NCBI GenBank assembly: GCA_041905165.1
Contig: JAYRLR010000002.1
Coordinates: 235,859-299,858 of the forward strand
From: Mucilaginibacter sp.
GTDB taxonomy: Bacteria > Bacteroidota > Bacteroidia > Sphingobacteriales > Sphingobacteriaceae
DNA: 64,000 nt
Reading direction: 5' to 3'
Shown here: in pieces, positions 55,185 through 63,857 of the stretch
Position numbering within the stretch: position 1 is the stretch's first letter
Layout of the letters: each line of letters opens with the position of its first letter
Translations under genes and position numbers: made by a program
Notes under the pieces: model-generated
The model's database searches: none
The model's input: the letters and a program-made list of their open reading frames with translations, nothing else
What the model was told of the DNA's origin: nothing

Positions 55185-55889
55185 ATGGACGCTTCAGCAA
55201 AACTGGCTGCATATATGCTTGTTGCACCTGTTAAGGTGCAGCAGGTAGTGGAGTTTGATGCGGAGAACGATAAAGTTTTCCGTTTAAACCTTACTGCAAC
55301 AAATGAAAGCCTAACTCCCGGCATGCTTGCGGATAGTAACGCTTTTGGCCAGTGGATAAATGAACAGCTATCTCTTCACGAATGCCGTTATGGCGTAGGC
55401 GGATACCTGGAAAACCGCACCATTTACAACGGCAAGGCGCTTTTCGCCAATAAAGAAGAACCACGTAGTTTGCATTTAGGCATTGATGTGTGGGCACCAG
55501 CAGGCACTGCGGTGAGGGCACCATTAGATGCAATAGTACACAGCATTGCCGACAATAATAATGTGGGTGATTACGGGCCGACCATTATATTGCAGCACGA
55601 TGTTAACGGGCTGCAGTTGTTCAGTCTTTACGGTCATCTCAACCGTTCCTCGATACAAAATTTGAAAAAGGGGGACGCCATAAAGGCCGGCCAAAAAATA
55701 GCCTCATTGGGCCAGCCGGAAGAAAACGGTAACTGGCCGCCGCATTTACACTTCCAACTGATGCTGGACATGGAAGGCCACGCAGGAGATTATCCGGGCG
55801 TTTGCCGCCCATCAGAGAAGGCGCAATACCTCAATAATATCCCCGACCCGGCAATTTTGCTGCCATTTCCCGAAATCGCCTTTATTTAA
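55185..55889 (+). CDS. M23 family metallopeptidase
   Basis: 234 aa with HLGIDVWAPAGTAV and PHLHFQL zinc-ligand motifs (HxxxD / HxH). Confidence 0.88.
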   Translation: MDASAKLAAYMLVAPVKVQQVVEFDAENDKVFRLNLTATNESLTPGMLADSNAFGQWINEQLSLHECRYGVGGYLENRTIYNGKALFANKEEPRSLHLGIDVWAPAGTAVRAPLDAIVHSIADNNNVGDYGPTIILQHDVNGLQLFSLYGHLNRSSIQNLKKGDAIKAGQKIASLGQPEENGNWPPHLHFQLMLDMEGHAGDYPGVCRPSEKAQYLNNIPDPAILLPFPEIAFI

Positions 55890-55894
55890 TTTCC

Positions 55895-57058
55895 CTATAA
55901 ATAGCTTAGCCACCACTGCTTGTGCGTCATCTTATATTTCATATACCAGCGACACGGGAAGTATAAGAGGGTGACTGCTGCAAGCCATATCAGGTAAACC
56001 ACATAAAGCGGCGCACTGGGTGATGCCTGACCTGGTGTATTTGCTGACGGCGCGTGCCCAGTAACCGCCAGGTAAGTTATTATACCCATTAAATGCAGCA
56101 GATACAGATGGAGTATGTAATAAAATAACGGAACCCTGCCAAACACCAGCATAATCCTCGTAAACCAGTTGCTTGCATATTCAAACGCCGCCAAAAGCAG
56201 GTTACACATGCCTAGAGTAATCAATAAGTAATCAAGCGACGGAGGATATTTCTGTACATTAACAAAAGAAAGTACGGTTCGGTGCCAAACGCCCTGGTCA
56301 ACCCAGTTATCCGGATCGCCATAGATGTTAAAGTAGCGCAGCACAATAAACAATAACCATGATGACAAGCCTATACCGATAAGGATAGGTTGCCTTTTAG
56401 CAGCATCCATTTTAAATATACCGCCAAAAACATATCCTAAAGCCATAACGCCTATCCAGGGGATGAGCGGATATAAAATAAACGCCTGAGAATGTTCGCC
56501 GAGTTTAGCTATACCCTGTACGTGTAGTATAGTCCATATACTGTTCATAGGATACGCAAATGATGACGGTTTTATACCGTCGAGCGCGTTATGCCCGAAA
56601 ATAAGTATAAGCCCGAATGCGGCTATTACAGCACGAGGCAGAAAGATGAGGCCAGATAACACTACCATGCTCACGCCCAATGCCCATATTACTTGCACAA
56701 AAATAAAATGATAATCAATATTAACGGCCCAGCCAAATTGTATAATGGTAAGCTCCAGCAAAATAAGCCAAAGCCCCCGGGTAAATAAAAATCGTGAAGC
56801 TTCCGCTTTGGTTTTACCGCGACTAAAGGATAGAAAAGCCCCCGTTCCCGCTAAAAAAACAAAAGTAGGCGCGCAAAAATGCGTTACAAAGCGGGTAAGG
56901 AAAAGTGCAGTTGAAGCTTTGGTAAGGTCTGTAGGATTAAAATTTTGCGGCATAAAAAAGTCGCGGGTATGGTCCAGCGCCATAATAGCCATTATCAGCC
57001 CGCGAACGATGTCTATAGACTCGATGCGCTTTTTAGGCTGAACAACAAAGTTGGTCAT
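55895..57058 (-). CDS. DUF1624 / heparan-alpha-glucosaminide N-acetyltransferase-like membrane protein
   Basis: I chose the start at MTNFVVQPKKRIESIDIVRG (ATG 57058). It is polytopic, and the RI.SIDI.RG...DH N-terminal pattern is typical of this acyltransferase-like family. Confidence 0.75.
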   Translation of the reverse strand: MTNFVVQPKKRIESIDIVRGLIMAIMALDHTRDFFMPQNFNPTDLTKASTALFLTRFVTHFCAPTFVFLAGTGAFLSFSRGKTKAEASRFLFTRGLWLILLELTIIQFGWAVNIDYHFIFVQVIWALGVSMVVLSGLIFLPRAVIAAFGLILIFGHNALDGIKPSSFAYPMNSIWTILHVQGIAKLGEHSQAFILYPLIPWIGVMALGYVFGGIFKMDAAKRQPILIGIGLSSWLLFIVLRYFNIYGDPDNWVDQGVWHRTVLSFVNVQKYPPSLDYLLITLGMCNLLLAAFEYASNWFTRIMLVFGRVPLFYYILHLYLLHLMGIITYLAVTGHAPSANTPGQASPSAPLYVVYLIWLAAVTLLYFPCRWYMKYKMTHKQWWLSYL

Positions 57059-57257
57059 TGTAAATAAAGTTTCTGCAACATACAAAAACCGGCTTGTAAA
57101 TGCAAGTATCAAATTGGCATAAACGGTTGATATTAAACTGTATCCGTCTGTAAATCAAATTACACAATTCTCACTCAAACCAAATTTGGTAATTAGCACG
57201 AAATATTTTTATTTTTATACAACTTTAAACTATTGATTTTACTCAGTCACTTATCAC

Positions 57258-57347
57258 ATGAAAAAGATTTATCTGAATCTTATGCATATGCTGTATTTCT
57301 ATCGGCATTGTGAATACCAAAAATTTTTACTGACGCTGCATACATAG
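57258..57347 (+). pseudogene. Decayed duplicate of the 5' end of the downstream DUF3857 gene
   Basis: ATGAAAAAGATTTATCTGAATCTTATGCATATGCTGTATTTCTATCGG aligns with ATGAAGAAGATTTACCTGAATCTTATTGGCGCAATGCTGTCTTTTACCGC at 57474. An indel shifts the frame and a stop follows after 29 codons. Confidence 0.5.
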
Positions 57348-57473
57348 GTCAATAACCCTTGGTCTTCGTATTTCAACAAGTTCACTCTGTTGCTTTCACG
57401 GCTGTATAATGCCAGTTAGGCAATAACATATTACCACCATCACATACGTATTAGAATTAAGCCCCTTAACACA

Positions 57474-59444
57474 ATGAAGAAGATTTACCTGAATCTTATT
57501 GGCGCAATGCTGTCTTTTACCGCTGCTGCCCAAACCCCAACTCCGGTTCAACCTTACGGCAAGGTAGATGTTGCCGACCTTGAATTAAAACAATGCGACT
57601 TTGAGCCCGACGCCAACGCAGAAGTTTTATTTGACAAAGCCGACGTTTATTTTGATTTCGATTTTAACGTTGTTAATGAACGCCATAAACGCATCAAAAT
57701 ATTTAACGATAACGGTAAAAAAAATGCAGACATCCGTATTGAGTTTTACAGCATTAGCCGTCTGGAATATATCACCGGCCTCGATGCCCAAACCATCAAT
57801 TTGGTAAATGGAAAACCGGTAATCACTAAAATAGATAAGAAACAGATATTTACGGAGAAGATTGACAAGATACGCTCGGCGCTTGTGTTTTCTTTGCCGA
57901 ATGTAAAGCCAGGGTCAGTGATTGAGTACCGGTACAAATGGACAACCACTTCGCTTTATAACTTCCCTGAATGGTTTTTCCAGGAAAAAATACCGGTAAG
58001 GTATAGCGAGTTAAATACCTCAACGCCTGAGTATTTTTACTACAAGCCGCAAATGCACATCAAACAGATGTTTGCCGTAAATAAGTCATCTACAGCCTCG
58101 GCAAGCCTTGGTTCCGGGCCGGACGCGGTAATGTATACTAACAACATTTCTACTTGGGGCATGAAGGATGTGCATTCCTTACCGGATGAGCCTTTCATGA
58201 GTTCGGACTTTGATAACCTGCTGAGTATAACGTTTACGCTTACACAGATACGTCCGCCGAGAGGTTTTATACAGCAGGGTGCCGATTCATGGCCGCGTAT
58301 AGGCGGAATGATTGCAGAGGATGAAGATTTTGGCAAGCAGTTAAAACGTAAGCTGGAAGGGGAGGAAGCTTTAATTACTAAAGCAAAGGCGATGACGAGC
58401 AACGACCAGAAAATAGCCTACCTTTTTAACGAGGTGAAAAATACCATGAAGTGGAACGGTAACGATCGCTGGTATACTAATGACGGTACCGCTAAAGCCT
58501 GGGAGAAAAAATCGGGTAACGCAACCGAGATAAACCTGATTCTTTATCACTTGCTGGACAAAGCAGGTGTGGAGGCACTCCCAATGGTAGTGAGCACTCG
58601 TGACCATGGCAAGGTAAATCCGTACACGCCATTTGTGCATCAGTTTAACCGTGCAGTGGTAATGATACCTGTTGATACTGCAAAGTATTATATACTGGAT
58701 GCCTCCGGCAAATACAATCTTTACAACGAGATTCCTGACAATTTGCTTAATTCGACTGGGTTGTATTTGAATATGGCTGCCAAGACATACGATTTGGAAT
58801 ACATCGAGCGTAACGATGCCGTTCGCCGGTCAATGTTTGTAAATGCCGAGATTAAGCCAGATGGTAAAGTTACAGGAACTACCCAGTCTAGCCTTCTAGC
58901 CTATAACAAAATTGACGCGATGAACAGGTTTAAAACCGATGGCAAGGACAAGTACATAGAGTACTTGCGCAATAAGGATAATAATCTCAAGATCACATCA
59001 GTAGATTTTGAAAATATGGACGTAGATACGCTGCCATTGGTGCAGAAGGTTGCGTTTGATCTTTCTCTACCCGGCGGTGATGACAACTACATTTATTTTA
59101 ATCCTGGCGCTTGGTCTGGTATGCAAACCAACCCTTTTATCGCCGAAAATCGCTTTACCGACATAGAATTCGGATACCGCAATAACCTGTTTTACACAGG
59201 TATGTTTAAAATTCCTGCCGGGTACAAAGCTGAAACACTGCCTAAAACATTAAGCATAGTAATGCCTGATAAGAGCATCACTTTTAAGCGCATAATTAAC
59301 GCTACAGACCAGGCCATATCCGTACGCTATGTGATTGATTACAGCAAGGTTTCTTATTTTAAAGATGAATACCCGGATCTGCGCGAGTTTTGCCGCCAGA
59401 TGTATGAAATGATAAATGAACCGATCGCTTTAAAAAAATCGTAA
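57474..59444 (+). CDS. DUF3857 plus transglutaminase-like domain protein, predicted catalytically inactive
   Basis: 656 aa with a signal peptide. Its architecture parallels the next gene, but the transglutaminase core reads GNATEINLIL (Cys replaced by Ala) and FNRAVV (His replaced by Arg). Confidence 0.8.
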   Translation: MKKIYLNLIGAMLSFTAAAQTPTPVQPYGKVDVADLELKQCDFEPDANAEVLFDKADVYFDFDFNVVNERHKRIKIFNDNGKKNADIRIEFYSISRLEYITGLDAQTINLVNGKPVITKIDKKQIFTEKIDKIRSALVFSLPNVKPGSVIEYRYKWTTTSLYNFPEWFFQEKIPVRYSELNTSTPEYFYYKPQMHIKQMFAVNKSSTASASLGSGPDAVMYTNNISTWGMKDVHSLPDEPFMSSDFDNLLSITFTLTQIRPPRGFIQQGADSWPRIGGMIAEDEDFGKQLKRKLEGEEALITKAKAMTSNDQKIAYLFNEVKNTMKWNGNDRWYTNDGTAKAWEKKSGNATEINLILYHLLDKAGVEALPMVVSTRDHGKVNPYTPFVHQFNRAVVMIPVDTAKYYILDASGKYNLYNEIPDNLLNSTGLYLNMAAKTYDLEYIERNDAVRRSMFVNAEIKPDGKVTGTTQSSLLAYNKIDAMNRFKTDGKDKYIEYLRNKDNNLKITSVDFENMDVDTLPLVQKVAFDLSLPGGDDNYIYFNPGAWSGMQTNPFIAENRFTDIEFGYRNNLFYTGMFKIPAGYKAETLPKTLSIVMPDKSITFKRIINATDQAISVRYVIDYSKVSYFKDEYPDLREFCRQMYEMINEPIALKKS

Positions 59445-59450
59445 GATTTT

Positions 59451-61364
59451 ATGTTAAAAAGAATTTTATTGAAGGTTGTGCTGGTGGCAGCCGCCTCATG
59501 TGCTGCGGCGCAGGACATACCTAAAGACCTGTATGTAGCAGCATCCATACCAGAAGAGCTGAAGGGCGAGGCGAATTCCGTAAGGCGCTATGCATTGGAT
59601 GAAACTACCATAACAGCGCCTGGACATGTTGTAAACCACGTGCATACCGTGGTAACCGTTCTTAACGAAAAGGGTATAGCCTATACGGGGATGGCTATAT
59701 CTTATGATAAGGAATCATATATCAACTCATTTTTAATGAATGTATATGATGCCGATGGCAAACTGGTAAAAAAGTACCGTAAAAGTGATATGTACGATCG
59801 CTCTGCCGAGGATGATGTATCCATTGTTACTGATCAGCGTGTAAAAGCAGTAGGCCATACCGTTCCACGCTACCCAATGACCTTTGAGGTAGATTACGAA
59901 GTGGAATACAAATCTTCACTGGGCTCTGTTGCGTGGCGCTTGCAACTACCGCAGCAGGCCGTGCAAAATTCATACTGTAAGTACACGGTGCTACCTTCAG
60001 TTGGCTTTAAATACCGTGCAATAAATACCAATATAAAGCCTGCCAAAGAGCAAGTGAAGGGCAATGATGTATACAGCTGGGAGGTGCACAACCTTAAAGT
60101 GGAAAAGGAGGAGGAAGGTGCACCCTACTGGAAGGTTGTGCCCCGGATTGATTTTTGCACCGACAGTTTTCAATATGGAGGCAACGCGGGTAACATGGCT
60201 TCATGGGAAAACTTTGGTAAATGGATAGCAGGGCTTAACAGCGATGTGAATACCCTGCCGCCAGACCGGGCAGAAAAAGTGAGGCAGATGACCGCTAATC
60301 TTAAAACCGATAAGGAGAAGGCGCGCTTCCTGTATGAGTATCTGCAAAAGAACATGCGCTATGTTAGTATACAATTGGGTATAGGCGGCTTTAAGCCTTT
60401 CCCGGCCGTATTTGTGGATGATAAGAAGTACGGAGATTGCAAGGCGCTTTCTAACTATATGTATGCTATGCTAAAGGCGGTGAATATTCCTGCCTATTAC
60501 GCCATAATAAGAGCCGGCGAAAATGAAGAGCCTGCGGATCTTTCGTTCTCACAGAATCGGTTTAACCATGCTATTATATGTATTCCGTTTAAAAATGATA
60601 CTACCTGGCTCGAATGCACCAGCAGCACTCAGCCTTTTGGTGTGCTGGGCACGTTTACCGAAAACAGAAACGCTTTATTAATTACTGAGAGCGGTGGCAA
60701 ATTGGTGAATACCCCACGCAGCAAGGCTGCAGAGAACATGTTCGATAGCAAGGCGCATATTAAGCTAAATGCTGACGGAAGCGCCTTAGCCACTGTGGAA
60801 GCAGATAACACCGGCGAATACCGCTCACTGATGCTTGGTTTTGCGCACCGTAGTTTGGATGAACGTAAGGAGGCTATCATCAGAATGATGCATATGAAAC
60901 AGCCGTACGCTATCAATATAACAGATGTTGACGACAAGGACGGCATCAAGAAGATTAGGCTCGAGATGGATTACGATAAGTTTTGTGACATTATTTCGGG
61001 TAACAAGCAGTTTTATAAACCATCGGCTTTTCAACTATGGTCATTCACCTGCGACGCCGCGGAGCATCGAAAAAATGATTTTTACTTTGAGCATCCTTTG
61101 CAAAAAAGATGTGTAACAACCATTGATCTGCCTGAAGGCTTCGAGGTAGAAAGCCTGCCGGCAGCACAGTCCCTTAAATTTACCTATGGTAATTTTGAAA
61201 CCAGCTACGCCTATGATGCCGCGAAGAACCAGGTAACTGCTACAACAAAGTTTGTGCTTAACAATCATATTATACCGGCTGCTGGCTACAATGAAATGCA
61301 GCAGTACATGGATGCGGTAGCTAAAGCGCAGAATAAACGCCTGGTTATACGGCGTAAGGCGTAA
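59451..61364 (+). CDS. DUF3857 plus transglutaminase-like cysteine-protease-fold protein with intact core
   Basis: 637 aa with a signal peptide. The transglutaminase core is YGDCKALSNYMYAML (Cys) with a downstream FNHAII (His). Confidence 0.82.
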   Translation: MLKRILLKVVLVAAASCAAAQDIPKDLYVAASIPEELKGEANSVRRYALDETTITAPGHVVNHVHTVVTVLNEKGIAYTGMAISYDKESYINSFLMNVYDADGKLVKKYRKSDMYDRSAEDDVSIVTDQRVKAVGHTVPRYPMTFEVDYEVEYKSSLGSVAWRLQLPQQAVQNSYCKYTVLPSVGFKYRAINTNIKPAKEQVKGNDVYSWEVHNLKVEKEEEGAPYWKVVPRIDFCTDSFQYGGNAGNMASWENFGKWIAGLNSDVNTLPPDRAEKVRQMTANLKTDKEKARFLYEYLQKNMRYVSIQLGIGGFKPFPAVFVDDKKYGDCKALSNYMYAMLKAVNIPAYYAIIRAGENEEPADLSFSQNRFNHAIICIPFKNDTTWLECTSSTQPFGVLGTFTENRNALLITESGGKLVNTPRSKAAENMFDSKAHIKLNADGSALATVEADNTGEYRSLMLGFAHRSLDERKEAIIRMMHMKQPYAINITDVDDKDGIKKIRLEMDYDKFCDIISGNKQFYKPSAFQLWSFTCDAAEHRKNDFYFEHPLQKRCVTTIDLPEGFEVESLPAAQSLKFTYGNFETSYAYDAAKNQVTATTKFVLNNHIIPAAGYNEMQQYMDAVAKAQNKRLVIRRKA

Positions 61365-61374
61365 CTTTGGCCTG

Positions 61375-62004
61375 ATGATATTCAGGCTTGACGAAAGGCT
61401 TTTATTTCCGGATCCGGCTCTTGCCGAGGAAGATGGGCTGCTGGCGGTAGGCGGCGACCTGTCGCCCGAACGCCTTATACTTGCCTATGAAAATGGCATT
61501 TTTCCATGGTATTCTGACGAAACGCCCGTGCTGTGGTATTCACCGCACGAGCGTTTTGTGCTTTATCCGGCAAGGGTAAAGGTCAGCAAAAGTATGCGGC
61601 AGGTACTGCGCAGCGCTCGTTTTAAAGTAACATACGATACTGCGTTTGCCGAAGTTATTGCTGCATGTTCTGCCGTTGGCCGTCCCGGGCAGGATGGTAC
61701 CTGGATAACAGACGATATGATTGCCGCCTATGTAAGATTGCATGAATTGGGTGTTGCCCATTCGGTAGAAGTATGGGAGCATGGCAATTTGGCAGGCGGT
61801 TTATATGGCGTACAAGTGGGTGGCGTATTTTGCGGCGAAAGCATGTTCAGCAAAGTAAGTAACGCCTCCAAAACAGCGCTCATCAGCCTTTGCCAAACAG
61901 GCAGGTATAATTTGATAGATTGCCAGGTTTACACAGAGCATCTTGAAAGTATGGGAGCCGAAATGATAAGTCGCGACGAATACATGGCCGCATTACGGCA
62001 ATAA
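61375..62004 (+). CDS. aat: Leucyl/phenylalanyl-tRNA--protein transferase
   Basis: 209 aa. FPDPALAEEDGLLAVGGDLSPERLILAYENGIFPW...GGLYGV..G..F.GESMFS is typical of Aat. Confidence 0.9.
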   Translation: MIFRLDERLLFPDPALAEEDGLLAVGGDLSPERLILAYENGIFPWYSDETPVLWYSPHERFVLYPARVKVSKSMRQVLRSARFKVTYDTAFAEVIAACSAVGRPGQDGTWITDDMIAAYVRLHELGVAHSVEVWEHGNLAGGLYGVQVGGVFCGESMFSKVSNASKTALISLCQTGRYNLIDCQVYTEHLESMGAEMISRDEYMAALRQ

Positions 62005-62052
62005 AGGTTTACCTTCGTATTTTCAAATTTATTGGCCAGGCCGGTCCGCTTT

Positions 62053-62646
62053 ATGCTGCAGAACAACCAACAGGAACGTATTATATTAGGAATTGATCCC
62101 GGAACGGCGGTAATGGGCTACGGCTTGGTTAAACAGATCGGCTCAAAAATAGAACTCATTAGTTTAGGTGTAGTGAAGATGGACAACCTTGATGACCATA
62201 TGCTTAAGCTGCGCCGCATCTTTGAAAAAACCATCGCACTTATTGATAACTATCACCCGGATTGTTTGGCCATAGAGGCGCCCTTTTACGGTAAAAACAT
62301 ACAGGTAATGCTAAAACTGGGCCGTGCACAGGGTATAGCCATGGCTGCGGCCTTATCGAGAAGCATAGACGTGACCGAATACTCGCCCCGTAAAATAAAA
62401 CAGGCTATTACCGGCAACGGAAATGCCACCAAGGAGCAGGTAGCCGGAATGATACAGCGCCTGTTAAATTTCAAAGAAACGCCAGAGTTTCTGGACGCTA
62501 CCGACGGACTCGCAGTAGCGGTATGTCACGCTTTTCAGCGCGGCGTTGCTTCTGCGTCGGGCAGCAGTAAAAAATCGTATTCCGGTTGGGATACCTTTGT
62601 TAAAGACAATACAGCACGCGTTAGCGGGATAGCCAAAAAGAAGTAA
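62053..62646 (+). CDS. ruvC: Crossover junction endodeoxyribonuclease RuvC
   Basis: I chose the ATG at 62053 (MLQNNQQERIILGIDPGT). Motifs GIDPG, EAPFYGKN and DATDGLAVAVCH are present, with a basic C-terminal tail. Confidence 0.9.
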   Translation: MLQNNQQERIILGIDPGTAVMGYGLVKQIGSKIELISLGVVKMDNLDDHMLKLRRIFEKTIALIDNYHPDCLAIEAPFYGKNIQVMLKLGRAQGIAMAAALSRSIDVTEYSPRKIKQAITGNGNATKEQVAGMIQRLLNFKETPEFLDATDGLAVAVCHAFQRGVASASGSSKKSYSGWDTFVKDNTARVSGIAKKK

Positions 62647-62749
62647 ACTCGCCGTCTGATAATATTTGCTTTAAGCTATCTGCTTCGGCTTTTACTTTCG
62701 ACTTTGCTGCTTTGAGCTTTCACCTTTGAGCTTGCCGCCTAAAATCTAC

Positions 62750-63157
62750 TTATTCATCGTTATGACGTAGCGCTTCCTTAATTTTCTCTGCGGTAGCTTG
62801 CAGTTCATCATCTGTAAAAGAAAGCTTTGGTCGGGCAAAATTTATATCGTCAACCCTGTTTACCGGAATTAAATGTATGTGTGCATGCGGTACTTCTAAC
62901 CCGATAACCGCAACACCCACCTTTAAGCAAGGTATAGCTTTAGCAATACCGGTGGCTACAATTTTGGTAAACAGCTGCAGACCCGTATAGGTCTCGTCGT
63001 CCAGGTCGAACAGGTTATCAACTTCTTTTTTAGGGATAACGAGTACATGACCTTCGGCCAATGGGGATATGTCCAGGAAAGCTAAAAACTCATTGCTTTC
63101 GGCAACTTTGTGGGCAGGTATTTCGCCGGCTACAATTTTCGAAAATATCGATGCCAT
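62750..63157 (-). CDS. HIT family (histidine triad) nucleotide-binding protein
   Basis: 135 aa with the HxHxHxx motif HAHIHLIP and N-terminal IFSKIVAGEIP. Confidence 0.92.
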   Translation of the reverse strand: MASIFSKIVAGEIPAHKVAESNEFLAFLDISPLAEGHVLVIPKKEVDNLFDLDDETYTGLQLFTKIVATGIAKAIPCLKVGVAVIGLEVPHAHIHLIPVNRVDDINFARPKLSFTDDELQATAEKIKEALRHNDE

Positions 63158-63174
63158 TTTTCTTGATTTTAGGT

Positions 63175-63220
63175 AGATAAGAAAAATGAGCGGCTATTTG
63201 TTTTCAAATAACCGCTCATT
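63175..63220 (-). terminator. Rho-independent terminator of greA
   Basis: AATGAGCGG / CCGCTCATT forms the outer stem and TATTTG / CAAATA the inner stem. On the minus strand it is followed by TTTTTCTTATC. Confidence 0.75.
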
Positions 63221-63242
63221 TATGAAGTATGTATAAGCCTAT

Positions 63243-63716
63243 TTAGCGGCTTATTTCCAATATCTCGAACTGAATTTTACCGGCAGGTGCGCTTATTTCC
63301 GCAACCTCGCCAACCTTTTTGCCAAGTAAGCCCTGAGCTATAGGGGAGCTAACGGAAATTTTGCCGGCTTTTAAATCCGCTTCCGACTCTGATACTAATT
63401 GATAGCTCATAGTAGCACCGTTTTTGGTGTTTTTTATCTTAACTATAGAAAGCGCCAATACTTTTGATGTATCCAGTTTAGACTCATCCAGCAAGCGGGC
63501 GCCTGCAAGCGTTTCTTCCAACTTGGCAATTTTCGTTTCATGCAAACCCTGCGCTTCTTTAGCGGCATCGTACTCTGCATTTTCAGATAAATCGCCTTTA
63601 TCACGAGCCTCCGCAATTGCCTTGGCAATATTGGCGCGGCCTGTAGTTTTTAAATATTGTAATTCCTCTTTAAGTTTTTCTAAACCCTCTTTGGTATAGT
63701 ATGATACCTCTGCCAT
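63243..63716 (-). CDS. greA: Transcription elongation factor GreA
   Basis: 157 aa with an N-terminal coiled coil (GDLSENAEYDAAKEAQ) and a C-terminal FKBP-like domain (SPIAQGLLGKKVGE). Confidence 0.95.
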   Translation of the reverse strand: MAEVSYYTKEGLEKLKEELQYLKTTGRANIAKAIAEARDKGDLSENAEYDAAKEAQGLHETKIAKLEETLAGARLLDESKLDTSKVLALSIVKIKNTKNGATMSYQLVSESEADLKAGKISVSSPIAQGLLGKKVGEVAEISAPAGKIQFEILEISR

Positions 63717-63765
63717 AACGCACTTTTTGTTAAATGGTTAAATAGTTATTGTTTCAATTACTGTC

Positions 63766-63802
63766 AAAAAAAACCGCCCTTCCTTTTTTGGAAAGAAGGA
63801 CG
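63766..63802 (-). terminator. Terminator-like hairpin with a T8 tract on the minus strand
   Basis: CCTTC (63778-63782) pairs with GAAGG (63795-63799), extended by CG/CG. The A8 tract at 63766-63773 is a T8 tract on the minus strand immediately after the hairpin. Confidence 0.5.
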
Positions 63803-63811
63803 CCGCTGACA

Positions 63812-63857
63812 TTAAAAACAAACAAGACTATGGGAGGCCGTAGCTTGCATAGTCTTG
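63812..63857 (-). terminator. Terminator-like 10-bp hairpin with a T-rich tail on the minus strand
   Basis: CAAGACTATG (63823-63832) pairs with CATAGTCTTG (63848-63857) across a 15-nt loop. On the minus strand it is followed by TTTGTTTTTAAT. Confidence 0.5.
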
